NCBI GenBank assembly: GCA_963707855.1
Contig: CAVPRQ010000017.1
Location: 33,040 to 97,039 of the forward strand
Direction: 5' to 3'
From: an uncultured Thermoleophilia bacterium
GTDB taxonomy: Bacteria; Actinomycetota; Thermoleophilia; UBA2241
Length of the DNA: 64,000 nucleotides
In this document: positions 8,018 to 19,009 of the stretch, one piece after another
Layout: every line of letters begins with the position of its first letter
Numbering within the stretch: position 1 is the first letter of the stretch
Translations under genes and position numbers: made by a program
Notes under the pieces: generated by a model
The model's database searches: none
What the model was told of the DNA's origin: nothing
What the model saw: the letters and a program-made list of their open reading frames with translations, nothing else

Positions 8018-9466
8018 TCAGGCGAACGGCAGGCCGAACTCGGCCCACCGTTCGCTGACGCGCCGCACGACGTCCGGGTCCTGGGCGAGCTCGTCCGGCC
8101 ACTCGCGGCCGTGGCCCTCCTCGGGCCAGGTCTTCGTCGCGTCGATGCCCATCTTGGCCCCGTAGCGCGCGAACGGGCTCGAGTGGTCGAGCACGTCGAG
8201 GGGACCATCGACGATGAGGCAGTCGCGGCGCGGGTCGACGTTGTTGAACACGCGCCACGTCACCTCGCTGTAGTCGTGCACGTCGACGTGCTCGTCGACG
8301 ACGACGACGAACTTGGTGAACATCATCTGCCCCATCCCCCACACGGCGCTCATGATCTTGCGCGCCTGCCCGGGGTAGGTCTTGCGGATGGCGATGATGG
8401 CGCAATCGTGGAAGACGCCCTCGATCGGCAGGTCCATGTCGACGATCTCGGGCTGCACCAGTCTGAGCAGGGGCAGGAAGAGCCGTTCGGTCGCCTTGCC
8501 GAGGTAGGCGTCCTCCATCGGCGGACGGCCGACGATGGTCGCCGGGTAGATGGGGTCGCGCCGGTGCGACATCGCCGTCAGGTGGAAGACCGGGTACTGG
8601 TCGGCGAGCGAGTAGTACCCGGTATGGTCGCCGAAGGGTCCCTCGAGCCGCGTCTCGTCCTTCTCGACGTAGCCCTCGAGGACGATCTCGGCGTCGGCCG
8701 GCACCTCGAGATCGACCGTACTGCACGGGGCGAGCTCGACCGGCTCGCCGCGCAGGAACCCGGCGAACATGAACTCGCTGATGCCGGGCGGCAGCGGCGC
8801 CGTCGCGGCGTAGGTGATCGCCGGGTCCGTCCCCAGGGCGACGGCGACTTCGAGCCGGCCGTCGGCCTCGCGGAAGTTGGCGGCGCCGTCGTGATGGATG
8901 TGCCAGTGCATGCCGGTGGTCTGGCCGTCGTAGACCTGCAGCCGGTACATGCCGGCGTTGCGCCGCCCCTCGCGGTCCTTGGTGACCACGACGGGCAGCG
9001 TGATGAACGGGCCGCCGTCGCCCGGCCAGGTCGTCAAGACGGGCAGACGGGAGAGGTCGGGAGGTTCGACGACGACCTCGCGGAAGGCAGCCTTCTTCGC
9101 CATGCGCGGCCCGTAGGAGGCGAGCTCCTTGAGCTGGCCGAGCGCCTTGACCTTGCCGACGAGGCCGCTCGGCACCTGCAGCTCGAGCAGGCCGGCGATG
9201 CGCTGGGCGAGCTCGTCGAGCGGCGCGCCCAGCGCGAGCTCCAGCCGGCGGAGCGAGCCCAGCTGGTTCATGAGCACGGGGACGGCCGGCGCCCCGGGGC
9301 CGGCCTTGACCTTCGGCCGCTCGAAGAGCAGCGCCGGCCCGTGCGCCTTGCTCGTCCGGTCGGCGATCTCGGCCATCTCGAGGTAGGGGTCGACCTCGAC
9401 ACGCACCCGCGTCAGCTCGCCCTCGCGTTCGAGCAGCTCGATGAAACGACGCAGGTCCATGGTCAC
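8018..9466 (-). CDS. UbiD-family (prenylated-FMN dependent) decarboxylase, menaquinone biosynthesis type
   Basis: Uninterrupted 482-aa ORF. DLRRFIELLEREGELTRV..., GMYRLQVYDGQTTGMHWHIHHDG, GPFGDHTGYYS and IVGRPPMEDAYLGKATERLFLP are all typical of UbiD. GTG start overlaps the upstream stop (GTGA). Confidence 0.88.
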   Translation of the reverse strand: MTMDLRRFIELLEREGELTRVRVEVDPYLEMAEIADRTSKAHGPALLFERPKVKAGPGAPAVPVLMNQLGSLRRLELALGAPLDELAQRIAGLLELQVPSGLVGKVKALGQLKELASYGPRMAKKAAFREVVVEPPDLSRLPVLTTWPGDGGPFITLPVVVTKDREGRRNAGMYRLQVYDGQTTGMHWHIHHDGAANFREADGRLEVAVALGTDPAITYAATAPLPPGISEFMFAGFLRGEPVELAPCSTVDLEVPADAEIVLEGYVEKDETRLEGPFGDHTGYYSLADQYPVFHLTAMSHRRDPIYPATIVGRPPMEDAYLGKATERLFLPLLRLVQPEIVDMDLPIEGVFHDCAIIAIRKTYPGQARKIMSAVWGMGQMMFTKFVVVVDEHVDVHDYSEVTWRVFNNVDPRRDCLIVDGPLDVLDHSSPFARYGAKMGIDATKTWPEEGHGREWPDELAQDPDVVRRVSERWAEFGLPFA

Positions 9467-10083
9467 CTCACTGGGCCAGAGGGCGGTCGGGATCGCCGGC
9501 CGACGGCCGGTGTGGGAGGAAGGCAGCCGCGAGGGGCGCCGGGTCGGACAGGTGCAGGGCGGCCGCAGCCGCGGCCGCCCGCGCCGGTGCCGTCCGCCGG
9601 CGCCCCCTTGCCAAGCTCAGCGTCGATCTCGTCGAAGAACGCGCCGGCCTCAGCCGGCGGCACGCCGGCGCGCACGGCGGCCAGAGCCGCCATCGTGTAC
9701 GCCCAGAGGGCGTCGTCGACGGCGAAGGGCGCCGCCAGACTGCGCAGGCACGAGCACGCCGACATGAGGCGGGTGAGCAGGGCCACCGAGTGCACGTCAC
9801 CCCGGTTCGCGATCGTGCGCAGGCCGTGGGCGTAGAAGACGTCGCCGGCCAGCAGCGCCGTCTGCCTGTCGTCGGCGGCGATCATCGCGAGGCGGCCGGT
9901 CCGGTAGTGGACGAGATACCCCTCGTGGATCAGCTCGATCGCCTCGAGGAAGGCTTCGTCGTCCCGCTTGTCGAGCGCGGCGAAGAGCGGCCCCCAGCGA
10001 AGGTCGACCGGCGCGGCCGTCTCGACAAGAGCGAGGGGCGCCGCGACGGCGCGCAGGGCCGCCTCGACGGGGGTCGCGGTCAC
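9463..10083 (-). CDS. Hypothetical protein translationally coupled between rex and ubiD
   Basis: In-frame part of ORF 9463..10482, starting at GTG 10083, which overlaps the rex stop (GTGA). Sequence [25 protein letters not shown]...FLEAIELIHEGYLVHYRTGRL...DVFYAHGLRTIA. I recognise no family. The Gly/Arg/Pro-rich tail may reflect a frame error. Confidence 0.45.
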   Translation of the reverse strand: MTATPVEAALRAVAAPLALVETAAPVDLRWGPLFAALDKRDDEAFLEAIELIHEGYLVHYRTGRLAMIAADDRQTALLAGDVFYAHGLRTIANRGDVHSVALLTRLMSACSCLRSLAAPFAVDDALWAYTMAALAAVRAGVPPAEAGAFFDEIDAELGKGAPADGTGAGGRGCGRPAPVRPGAPRGCLPPTPAVGRRSRPPSGPVR

Positions 10084-10757
10084 GAGACCGGATCGCCCTC
10101 GTCGGTCGACCCGGCCAGGCAGAACGAGAGGAACATCAGCTCGCTCGAGAGGTCGACCGGCCGGACCGTGACGTGCGGCGGGGTCGTGACCTTGACCGGG
10201 GCGAAGTTGAGGATCGCCCGCACGCCCGCGGCCGCGAGACGGTCGACCGTCGCCTGGGCCTCGGCAGCAGGAACGGTGACGAGAGCGATGTCGACCGGGG
10301 TCTCGGCGCAGAAGCCCTCGAGCCCGTCGATCGAGCTCACGCGCCCGCTGCCGAAGCTCGCCCCGATCACGGTGGGCGAGCTGTCGAACATGCCGACGAG
10401 CTCGAAGCCTTGTTCGGCGAACCCCCGGTAGCGAGCCAGAGCCGTACCCAGCAAGCCGGCCCCGACGATGATCACGTTCCACGGGTGCTCAAGGCCGAGA
10501 GAGCGCGTGATCTCGGTGATCAGGCGCGACACCTCGTAGCCGACGCCGCGGGTGCCGAACTCGCCGAAGTACGAGAAGTCCTTGCGGATCTGCGCGGCGT
10601 TGAGACCGACCATCGCGGCGAGCTCCTTCGACGAGACGCGCTCGACGCCGCGTCCGCGCAGCTCACGCAGCTTGCGCAAGTACAGGGCGAGACGCGGGAC
10701 CGTGACCTCGGGGACGTGCCGCTTGCCGCCGTCGCGCATGGTCCCTCCTCGGGTCAT
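10080..10757 (-). CDS. rex: Redox-sensing transcriptional repressor Rex
   Basis: 225-aa ORF. wHTH region [55 protein letters not shown] followed by the Rossmann motif [18 protein letters not shown] overlaps the hemL stop (ATGA). Confidence 0.92.
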   Translation of the reverse strand: MTRGGTMRDGGKRHVPEVTVPRLALYLRKLRELRGRGVERVSSKELAAMVGLNAAQIRKDFSYFGEFGTRGVGYEVSRLITEITRSLGLEHPWNVIIVGAGLLGTALARYRGFAEQGFELVGMFDSSPTVIGASFGSGRVSSIDGLEGFCAETPVDIALVTVPAAEAQATVDRLAAAGVRAILNFAPVKVTTPPHVTVRPVDLSSELMFLSFCLAGSTDEGDPVS

Positions 10758-12037
10758 CCGGCGAAGAACGCCCGGGCGGCGGCCTCGGCGGTCGCCAGGT
10801 CGTCGTCGGTCAGCGCGAGCGAGACCATGGTGGCCTCGAACTGCGACGGGGCGAGGTAGATGCCGCGATCGAGCATGTGCCGGTGGTAGGCGGCGAACGC
10901 CTGCGTGTCGGCGCGCTTCGCGTCGGCGAAGCGGGCGACCGGGCCGTCGCAGAAGAACATCGTCATCATGGCTCCGACCTGGTTGAGCGTGACGGGGCGC
11001 TCGCCCTGGGCCGCCGCGGCGCGCAGCGCCGCGGCGAGCCGGTCGGCGAGCGCCTCCAGGCGTTCGTAGGTCCCGGGCTCGCTCAGCACGCTCAAGGTCG
11101 CCGCTCCGGCGGCCATCGCCAGCGGATTACCGGACAGGGTGCCGGCCTGGTACGTCGACCCCAGCGGCGCCACCGTCTCCATGAGCTCGCGGCGGCCGCC
11201 GAAGGCGCCGACCGGCAGGCCACCACCGATGATCTTGCCGAGCGTCGTCATGTCGGGGACGACGCCGAAGCGCTCCTGGGCGCCGCCCCAGGCGACGCGG
11301 AACCCGGTGATGACCTCGTCGAAGATGAGGACGGCCCCGTACTGGGTGCAGAGCTCGCGGGCGCGCTCGAGAAAGCCGGGCCCGGGCGGTACGACGCCCA
11401 TGTTGCCGGCGACGGGCTCGACGATGAGGGTGGCGATCTCCTCACCGCGCTTCTCGAACAGCGCCTCCATGGCCTCGATATCGTTGTACTCGAGCAGCAG
11501 GGTGTCGGCCGTGGTGGCCTTCGTGACCCCTGGGCTATCCGGCAGCGAGAGCGTGAGCACGCCGCTGCCGGCGGCGGCGAGGAAGGCGTCGGAGTGGCCG
11601 TGGTAGCAGCCGATGAACTTGACGATCTTGTCGCGCCCGGTGAAGCCGCGGGCGACCCTCACGGCGCTCATCGTCGCCTCTGTCCCCGAGTTGACCATGC
11701 GCACGAGCTCGATCGAGGGGACGGCGCCGCAGATGAGGCGCGCCAGCTCGACCTCGAGTGCCGTCGGCGCGCCGAAGCTCGTGCCCTCCTCGAGCACCTG
11801 ATGCAGGCGATCCAGGACCTGAGGATGTCCCCAGCCGAGGATCATCGGTCCCCACGACGAGACGAAGTCGACGAACTCGTTGCCGTCGGCGTCCCACACG
11901 TGGGCGCCGCGGGCGCGGGCGATGAACAGGGGGTGCGGCATGCCCACGCCCTTCATCGCCCGGACCGGCGAGTTGACGCCGCCGGGGATGTACTTGAGCG
12001 CCTCTTCGAACAGACGCTTGGACGTGCTGGTGTTCAC
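10754..12037 (-). CDS. hemL: Glutamate-1-semialdehyde 2,1-aminomutase
   Basis: Uninterrupted 427-aa [25 protein letters not shown]..., [32 protein letters not shown] and [17 protein letters not shown] (PLP lysine region). Confidence 0.93.
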   Translation of the reverse strand: MNTSTSKRLFEEALKYIPGGVNSPVRAMKGVGMPHPLFIARARGAHVWDADGNEFVDFVSSWGPMILGWGHPQVLDRLHQVLEEGTSFGAPTALEVELARLICGAVPSIELVRMVNSGTEATMSAVRVARGFTGRDKIVKFIGCYHGHSDAFLAAAGSGVLTLSLPDSPGVTKATTADTLLLEYNDIEAMEALFEKRGEEIATLIVEPVAGNMGVVPPGPGFLERARELCTQYGAVLIFDEVITGFRVAWGGAQERFGVVPDMTTLGKIIGGGLPVGAFGGRRELMETVAPLGSTYQAGTLSGNPLAMAAGAATLSVLSEPGTYERLEALADRLAAALRAAAAQGERPVTLNQVGAMMTMFFCDGPVARFADAKRADTQAFAAYHRHMLDRGIYLAPSQFEATMVSLALTDDDLATAEAAARAFFAG

Positions 12038-12144
12038 GCTCTCCTCCGGACCGGTCGTGCGACGTGAGGTGGCGAATATACTACGCCCTCGCAGGGCAAA
12101 GCCCCCGATGCAGCAACGACCTCGGCTCGATGAAGGGGTGCGAG

Positions 12145-12603
12145 ATGGCCGAACCCAAAGGCGGCGATGTCGTGATCAGGGCGGCGACCGCGGCCGACGC
12201 GGCCGCGGTCGCCGCCCTGATCCGCCTGATGGCCGAGCAGTACGACGAGCACTCGCCGGTGACCACCGAGTGGGTCGCCGAGTGCCTCGGCGACGACAGC
12301 TTCTTCGCCGTCGTCGCCGACCTCGACGGCGACGTCGTCGGCGTCGTCACCTTCGTCCTCGTCCGCGGCCTGTTCCACGCGAAGCAGTCGGCCGTCATCC
12401 AGGAGGCCTCCGTCGCGCCCGCCCATCAGAACGAGGGCATCGGGCGGGCGCTGCTTGAAGAAGCCGTCGCCCGGATCAAGCAGCTCGACGTGGCCGAGAT
12501 CAGCATCTCGACCGGCTTCGAGAACGAGCGCGCCAAGTACCTCTACCGCTCGCTCGGGTTCGTCGAGGAGACGCTGATGCTCGAACAGCATCTGGGCGCC
12601 TGA
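12145..12603 (+). CDS. GNAT family N-acetyltransferase
   Basis: ORF 12064..12603, with the likely start at ATG 12145 (or 12130). [16 protein letters not shown]..., acetyl-CoA loop [15 protein letters not shown]-terminal YRSLGF. Confidence 0.8.
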   Translation: MAEPKGGDVVIRAATAADAAAVAALIRLMAEQYDEHSPVTTEWVAECLGDDSFFAVVADLDGDVVGVVTFVLVRGLFHAKQSAVIQEASVAPAHQNEGIGRALLEEAVARIKQLDVAEISISTGFENERAKYLYRSLGFVEETLMLEQHLGA

Positions 12604-12605
12604 GG

Positions 12606-13052
12606 ATGAGCGTGGAGATCCGCGACGCGACGCCCCTCGACGCCAGCGCCCTGCTCCCGCTCATCGTCGAGATGGGGGTCGGCTTCCACCGGCCCTCCGG
12701 AGCCGACGCGGCCTTCGTCGCGCGGTATCTCGAGCAGCCCGGCCAGGGCATCCTGCTCGCGCTCGTCGACGGGGCGCCCGTGGGCTTCCTCGCCCACGCG
12801 ACCACGCTCGACCTCTATCTGGGCGGACCGACCGGGGAGATCGTCGACCTGCTGGTGACCGAACGGGCGCGCGGCAGGGGCGTCGGCACGGCGCTCGTCG
12901 CCGAGGCGGTGCGGCGCTTCGACGAGGCCGGCTGCGGCGAGGTTCGGGTCGTCACCGACGCCGACAACCTCGCCGCCATACGGGCCTACGCGAAGGCGGG
13001 CATCGGCGGCGACCTCATCTGCCTTCACCGGCACTTCGGCGGCGAGGAGTGA
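12606..13052 (+). CDS. GNAT family N-acetyltransferase (second, tandem)
   Basis: 148-aa ORF. IRDATPLDASALLPLI..., RGRGVGTALVAEAVRRFDEAG, AIRAYAKAGI. Confidence 0.8.
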   Translation: MSVEIRDATPLDASALLPLIVEMGVGFHRPSGADAAFVARYLEQPGQGILLALVDGAPVGFLAHATTLDLYLGGPTGEIVDLLVTERARGRGVGTALVAEAVRRFDEAGCGEVRVVTDADNLAAIRAYAKAGIGGDLICLHRHFGGEE

Positions 13053-13067
13053 GATGTCTGACCGGCC

Positions 13068-14232
13068 TCAGGCCGGCGCGCACCAGCCCTTCGGCACGTA
13101 GGCGCAGTAGGGCTCCTCGGCCATGTAGTCGCCGGTCGCCTCGTAGGCGCGCGCCCGGCAGCCGCCGCAGACCCTCTTGAACTCGCAGGCGCCGCACTTG
13201 CCCTTGAGCCCGTCGAAGTCGCGCAGCTCGTTGAAGAGCGGCGAGTCGTTCCACACCTCGGGGAAGGGCTGCTCGCGGACGTTGCCGGCGATCTTGTCGA
13301 AGTAGCCGCAGCCCTGCACGTCCCCGCGGTGGCTGATGAAGCAGAAGCCTATGCCGGCGAGGCAGCCACGGCTGAGCGTGTTCATGCCGCCGTGGCTGTG
13401 CGGGTGCACCTCGAGCTTGCGCCCCTGCGCCTTGGCGCGCTGGCGCATGACGCGCCAGTAGTGCGGCACGTCGGTGGGCTTCATGAAGAGGTCGCTCTGC
13501 TGCTGCGCGTCGTACATCCACTCCAGGGCGCGCTCGTACTCCTCCGGCGGCAGCTCCTGCTCCTCGAGCTCCTTGCCGCGGCCGGTGGGAACGAGCATGA
13601 ACGGGTGGAACGAGACGGCGCCGAGGTCCTCGGAGAGCTTGAGCAGCGCCGGCAGGTGGTGCACGTTCAGCTTGGTGATCGTGCTGTTGATCTGCACCTC
13701 GACGCCGGCGTCGAGGCAGTTGCGCACGCCGCGCACGGCGCCGTCGAAGGCGCCGGGGACGCCGCGGAACTCGTCGTGCTCGGCGGCGCTCGGGAAGTCG
13801 ATGGAGATGCTGACGCGAGCGATGCCGACGTCGTGCATGCGACGCGCGACCTCCGGCGTGACCAGCGTGCCGTTCGGCGACATCACCGTGCGCAGCCCCT
13901 TGCCGATGGCGTACTCCGCGATGTCGAAGATGTCGGCGCGCATCAGCGGATCGCCGCCGGTGAGGATGAGGATGGGGTTCGCGAACGAGGCGATCTGGTC
14001 GACGAGGGTGAAGGCCTCGGCGGTGCTGAGCTCGCCCTCGTAGGGGCCGTGCACCGCCGAGGCGCGGCAGTGCACGCAGGCGAGGTTGCAGCTGCGCGTG
14101 ACCTCCCAGGCGATGACGCGCGGCGGCGCGACGCCGGCGGCGTCGCCGGGCCGCGCGCCGGTCCTGCGGAGTTTTCAGCGTGCGGATGGTGCAAACCGAC
14201 CTCAGTGTGCCAGACGGAGGGGGGCGCCGCAA
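13068..14232 (-). CDS. Radical SAM/SPASM protein of the AhbC/AhbD/NirJ (haem-modifying) type; 1 frame break near the 5' end
   Basis: ORF 13068..14075 extends upstream in frame to ...VIAWEVTRSCNLACVHCRAS (CxxxCxxC), then TGGDPLMRADI, with a C-terminal Cys-rich SPASM region GCLAGIGFCFISHRGDVQGCGY...GKCGACEFKRVCGGCRARA. No in-frame start follows the upstream stop. The likely start is 14232 in the frame of ORF 13015..14232, with an indel near 14160. Confidence 0.7.
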
Positions 14233-14284
14233 CGTCGCCTGCCCGTCGCGACAGGGACTGGCTTCGTCGCCCGGCCGCCGCCGC

Positions 14285-15051
14285 TCACACGTCCTTGCGC
14301 GCCTTCCAGATCTCCTCGCACGGCCAGCGCCGCGCCCATTCGAGCTCCACGATGCCCTCGAAGGTGGTGGTCGCGTCCGGCCCCGGCCGCACCTCGATCA
14401 GGTCCTCGACCTGGAACCCGTTGGCGCGCAGGAGCCTGACCCAGTCGCCGTAGCCGAGGTGGAACTCGATGGTGTCATCGTCAGGCCATTCGAAGCGGTG
14501 CATGCCGAAGTAGTCGCGCGCGAGCCGCTCACCCGCCGACGCGTCGGCGTCGTCCGACGTGCAGAGCATCATGAGCGTGCTGTTGGTGAGGAAGATGAGG
14601 CGGCCGCCGGGGCGAAGCAGGCGGGCCGCCTCCGGCACCCAGACGGTACGGGTCGGCCCAGAGGCACGCCCCGTACTCGCTGATCGCGAGGTCGAAGCTC
14701 GCGTCGGGTAGCGGCACGTGCTCGGCGTTGCCCTCGATGAGCGGGAACTCGAGACCGTGCTCGGCCTGGAGCCGGCGCGCCGTGGCGAGCTGGGCGCTCG
14801 AGAGGTCGATGCCCACCGGGCGTGCGCCGCGGCGCGCGAGCCAGGCCGAGACGTAGGCCGGTGCCACAGCCGAGCTCGATCGCGTCCAGCCCGTCGAGGT
14901 CGTCGGGCAGGACGTGAAGCTCGGCCTCGGGCACGCTCCAGATGCCCCAGCTCGGCTCGTCGTCCGCCCAGGCGCGCTCGCCAAAGGCGACGAAGTCCTT
15001 GGCGAGCTCGTTCCAGGCGGCGCGGTTGCGCTCGACGTGGTCGCCGGTCAT
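14285..15051 (-). CDS. Class I SAM-dependent methyltransferase; 2 frame breaks
   Basis: Join of ORFs 14569..15051 ([20 protein letters not shown]...[10 protein letters not shown]), 14529..14984 ([30 protein letters not shown]...[10 protein letters not shown]) and 14285..14638 ([18 protein letters not shown]...). ATG overlaps the hemB stop (ATGA). Confidence 0.75.
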
Positions 15052-16019
15052 CCCAGCCAGCGAACGACGTCCTTGGCGTGGTACGTGATGATCAGGTCGG
15101 CGCCGGCGCGCTTGATGCCGGTCATCGCCTCCATCACGGCACGCTCCTCATCGAGCCAGCCCTTCTCGGCCGCCGCCTTGAGCATCGCGTACTCGCCGCT
15201 CACGTTGTAGGCGGCGAGCGGGAACTTGGTCTCCTGCTTGATGGCGCGGATCACGTCGAGGTACGGCAGCGCCGGCTTCACCATGACGATGTCGGCGCCC
15301 TCCTCGATGTCGAGCAGGGCCTCGCGCACCGCTTCCTCCCCGTTCGGCGGGTCCATCTGGTAGGACTTGCGGTCGCCGAACGCCGGCGCCGACTCGGCCG
15401 CCTCGCGGAACGGCCCGTAGAAGGCCGAGGCGAACTTGGCCGAGTAGGCCATGATCGCGGTGTCGGTGAGGCCCTCGTCGTCGAGCGCGTTGCGGATCGC
15501 CGCCACGCGCCCGTCCATCATGTCGGACGGGGCGACGAAGTCGGCCCCCGCCTCGGCGTGGGTGACGGCCATCTTGGAGAGCAGTTCCAGCGTGACGTCG
15601 TTGAGCACCTCGCCGTCCTGCACGACCCCGCAGTGGCCGTGGTCCATGTACTCGCAGAGGCAGACGTCGGTGATCACGAGCAGCTCGGGGAACTCGTCCT
15701 TGATGGCGCGTACGGCGAGCTGGACCACGCCCTCGGAGTCGTAGGCCGTCGTCGCCGCCGAGTCCTTGTGGGCGGGGATGCCGAAGAGCAGGACGGCCGG
15801 GATGCCGAGGCCCGCCACCTCGCGGATCTCAGGCAGCAGGTTGCCGATCGAGAGCTGGAAGCACCCGGGCATCGAGCCGATGGGGTTCTTCACGTTCTCG
15901 CCGGCGATGACGAAGAGCGGGTAGATGAGGTCGTCGACGCTGAGCGTCGTCTCGCGCAGCATGCGGCGGATGGTGGGGGTGCGCCGCAGGCGCCTCATGC
16001 GGTAGCTCGGGTAGTACAT
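15048..16019 (-). CDS. hemB: Porphobilinogen synthase (delta-aminolevulinate dehydratase), Zn-type
   Basis: C-terminal 323 codons of ORF 15048..16994, from ATG 16019. [21 protein letters not shown]..., Cys-rich Zn site [27 protein letters not shown] and [12 protein letters not shown]. Confidence 0.92.
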   Translation of the reverse strand: MYYPSYRMRRLRRTPTIRRMLRETTLSVDDLIYPLFVIAGENVKNPIGSMPGCFQLSIGNLLPEIREVAGLGIPAVLLFGIPAHKDSAATTAYDSEGVVQLAVRAIKDEFPELLVITDVCLCEYMDHGHCGVVQDGEVLNDVTLELLSKMAVTHAEAGADFVAPSDMMDGRVAAIRNALDDEGLTDTAIMAYSAKFASAFYGPFREAAESAPAFGDRKSYQMDPPNGEEAVREALLDIEEGADIVMVKPALPYLDVIRAIKQETKFPLAAYNVSGEYAMLKAAAEKGWLDEERAVMEAMTGIKRAGADLIITYHAKDVVRWLG

Positions 16020-16191
16020 GCGATCGCTTCCTTTCGGCGAAGGCGGCCCCGGCGGGCCGTGCGGCGCCTGGGCTGGGCGGCGCGCCGTGCCATCTTCCAC
16101 CTGCAACGGTCGGATTGACAAGTCGCGCCGCCGACCGCCGCCGCGTCGAGGACTCAGGAGCGGGCGCCGGCGGTCGCCGGCGGGCGAAGCC

Positions 16192-17471
16192 TCAGGAGGG
16201 AACGAGCTCGAGCGCCTTGGCGACGACGGCGAGCACCGAGTCGCGGTCGCGCAACTGACACGAGACGATGGGCGTCGAGCCGTTGAGCCCGAGCGCCTTC
16301 GCGACCTCGTCGACAGCGACCGGGTCGTCGCCCAACGACACGTACGTGGCGAGAACGGTGGGCACGTCGCCGAGGCGCGCGCACGAAGTCGAGGTCGCGA
16401 CGCGTGGCGCGCAGGCTGTCGACGTCGTTCGCGTTGGCGAGGAGCACGAAGGCCGAGCTGTCGCCGCCGAGCCGCTTCCACGCCTGCTCCGGCGACGAGG
16501 CGCTCGCCGTGAACACGAGCGCCTCGCTCTCGCCGCCGGCGGCGTGCTCGTCGGAGGCGGCCTTGCCGGCACCCGAAGCCAGCGGGACCATGCCGGCGAC
16601 GATCGGGATCTCGACCTCCTTGTCGTCGATGATCTCGACGCGCAGTTGCTTGGTGACGTTCGAGTCGGTGAGCGTCGTGAGGAAGATCTCGTTGTAGAGG
16701 TCGATCGGCCCACGGACGGCGACGCTGAGCCGCTGCCCGATGGCGTCGATCACGGCGTCGCTCACGGTGACGAGACCGCTCGAGTACAGGCTGTAGATGA
16801 CCTTGGCGCCGTGGAAGCGGTCGAGACCGCACTCGCGCAACACCGTGTTGATGTCGGCGTGCCCGTCGACGTGCACGATCACGCGCCACTCCTCGGCCGT
16901 GAACGTGACCTCGCCGCGCTCGTCGACGCGCTCGTCGTAGGCCAGGTGCGGGAGGCGCTCGAGCGAGCCGAGCTGCGCGAAGATGAGCTCCCACTCGTCG
17001 ATCCGGCGGCAGCCCTCCATGATCACGTTCTCGACGTTCATCTCGACGAGGATGTCCTGGTCGGTCACGACCTCGTCGGCGGTGAACTCGAACTCGCCGT
17101 CGAGCCAGGCGAAGAAGTTGAAGGCGGCGTCCTGGATCTGCTCGCGGACGATGGCTTCAAGGCCCTCGCGGTCGATGAAGCCGCAGCTCGAGGAGGATCG
17201 TGCCGATACGGCCCGCCTCGGGGGACTTCTTCTGCTCGGCGAGCGCCGCCTTGAGCTGCGCCGGCGTGATGCTCCCGGCGTTGACAAGGCGCTCGCCGAG
17301 GGGCAGCGACTGGGGCACGGAGAAGGCGTAGTGGATGAGGCCGTCCCTGAAGAAGATCTTGCCCCATTCCTTGTCGCGACGGATCGTGAGCGCCCCGGTC
17401 TTGGCGCTCATCTTCACGAGCTGGAAGATGTTCGGAAGGCTGAACTCCTTGAGGCTGCCCTGGAGGAGCAC
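16192..17471 (-). CDS. DUF4388 (PATAN-like) domain protein with C-terminal alpha/beta domain; 2 frame breaks
   Basis: Join of 17157..17471 (GTG start after GGAGAGAGG; [48 protein letters not shown]), 16154..17287 and 16192..16713 (C-terminus ...[30 protein letters not shown]...). Breaks near 17190 and 16390. Confidence 0.6.
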
Positions 17472-17548
17472 CTCTCACCTCTCTCCACGCTGTCGCGCAA
17501 TGCGGTCCGCCGCACGGGTCGCGAGCACGCCGCGACCGCCACTGCTCA

Positions 17549-18930
17549 TCATCGGAATCGCGCGGTGTTTTCTAAAGAGCCTACGTCGCGCTCGGCGCAG
17601 TCTACGTCGTGCGCGTCGCCGGCGCTCCCGCCGGCGGTCGCGGCGGCGGCCGAGGCCGAGGCCCCTCCGCCGAGCACGCTGTCGGGCTCGGGGTCGTCGG
17701 GCAGGCAGGCCGGCGCCTCGCAGGCGCCGGCCTGGATCTCCCGACGGCGCAGCGCCCAGAGGGCGCCGGCGGCGGTGGCCAGGGCGGCGACGCCGCCCAC
17801 CGCCACCGCCGCCCGCACCCCGAACTCGCGCGCGAGCAGCCCGGTGAGCGGCCCGCCGATCGGCGTGCTGCCGAGGAAGACGACCGCCCACAGGGCCATG
17901 ACGCGGCCACGCATCGCGTCCTCGGCGTTGAGCTGCAGCAGCGAGTTGGTCGTCGAGACGAAGAGCACGCCGGCGGCGCCCAGCGGCACGAGGAGGACGA
18001 GGCCGAGCGCGTAGCCCGGGGCCGCCGCAAGCAGCACGGTGAGGACGCCGAAGGTGAACGTGCTCACGACGAGGAGGCGGCGCGACGGGCGCGCCCGACT
18101 GGCCATGAGCAGGGCGCCCGCCAGGGCGCCGACGCCCATGGCCGCGAACAGCGCGCCGTAGGCGCCGCCCCCGCGCCCGTAGACCACCCGGGCGAGCAGC
18201 GGGAGGACCACGGAGAAGTTGTAGGCCAGGGTGCTCACGACGGCCATCATGACGAGCGGCACGCGCAGCGCCGGCGTGCGCCACACGTAGCGCAGGCCGG
18301 CGCGCACCTGGCCCGGCCGCCGCTGGACGCGGCCGCGCCGGTGAGGAGCTCGCCGCGGCGCATCGCCAGCAGCGCCGCGATGACGGCCACGAACGAGGCG
18401 GCGTTGAAGAAGAAGCACGCCGCCACCCCTACCGAGGCGATGAGCACGCCGCCGATCGCCGGCCCGATGATCCGCGACGAGTTGATGATCACGGCGTTCA
18501 GCCCGACGGCATTGGCGAGGTCGTCGGGTCCGACCATCTCGTAGACGAAGCTCTGGCGCGACGGCATGTCCAGGGCGACGGCGATACCGGTGAGCGTCGC
18601 GAGGACCCAGATCATCCAGATGGTGACGACGTCGGCGACGGTCAGCGCGCCGAGGACCAGCGCGAGAAGCGCCGCCGCCGTCTGCGTGACGACCAGCAGG
18701 CGGCGCTTGTCGACGCGGTCGGCGAGCGCGCCGGCCCAGGCCCCCAGCACCAGGATGGGGCCGAACGTCAGGCCGACGGTGACGCCCAGGTCGACGCTGC
18801 TGCCCGTGAGGTCGAGGACGAGCCATGCCAGCGCCACCGATTGCATCCAGGTGCCGCTCATGCTCACGATCTGGCTGAAGAAGAACAGGCGGTAGTTGTG
18901 GATGCGCAGCGCCCGGAAGGTGCGGCGCAC
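17549..18930 (-). CDS. MFS transporter (EntS/MFS_3-like); 1 frame break
   Basis: Join of 18247..18930 (MRRTFRALRIHNYRLFFFSQIVSMSGTWMQSVALAWLVL...) with 17549..18952 (...VRAGLRYVWRTPALRVPLVMMAVVSTLAYNF...). About 12 hydrophobic helices. Break near 18330. Confidence 0.78.
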
Positions 18931-19009
18931 GAGACTCGATCGGGCTGGTCATACGGGACGGCTCCGGCGGTCGGGCATCCGACGGGCATCGTCCGCGAGT
19001 CTATGCCCG

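Noticed and set aside
5461-8058. Very long ORFs opposite recognisable genes. Examples: 5461..8058 (+, 865 aa), 8111..9835 (+), 44368..46059 (-, 563 aa), 46345..48597 (+, 750 aa), 10877..12067 (+), 14718..16118 (+).
   Set aside because: They are Arg/Gly/Ala/Asp-rich, low-complexity translations lying antisense to genes with clear family signatures (cytochromes, UbiD, hemL, hemB, saccharopine DH, Fic). These are typical shadow ORFs of stop-poor high-GC DNA.
12038-12144. A Rex operator (TTGTGAA-N6-TTCACAA-like palindrome) upstream of hemL, and also upstream of the cytochrome block at 6673..6759.
   Set aside because: I found no TGTGA/TCACA inverted pair by eye in either region. This needs a matrix scan, so I do not report it as a feature.
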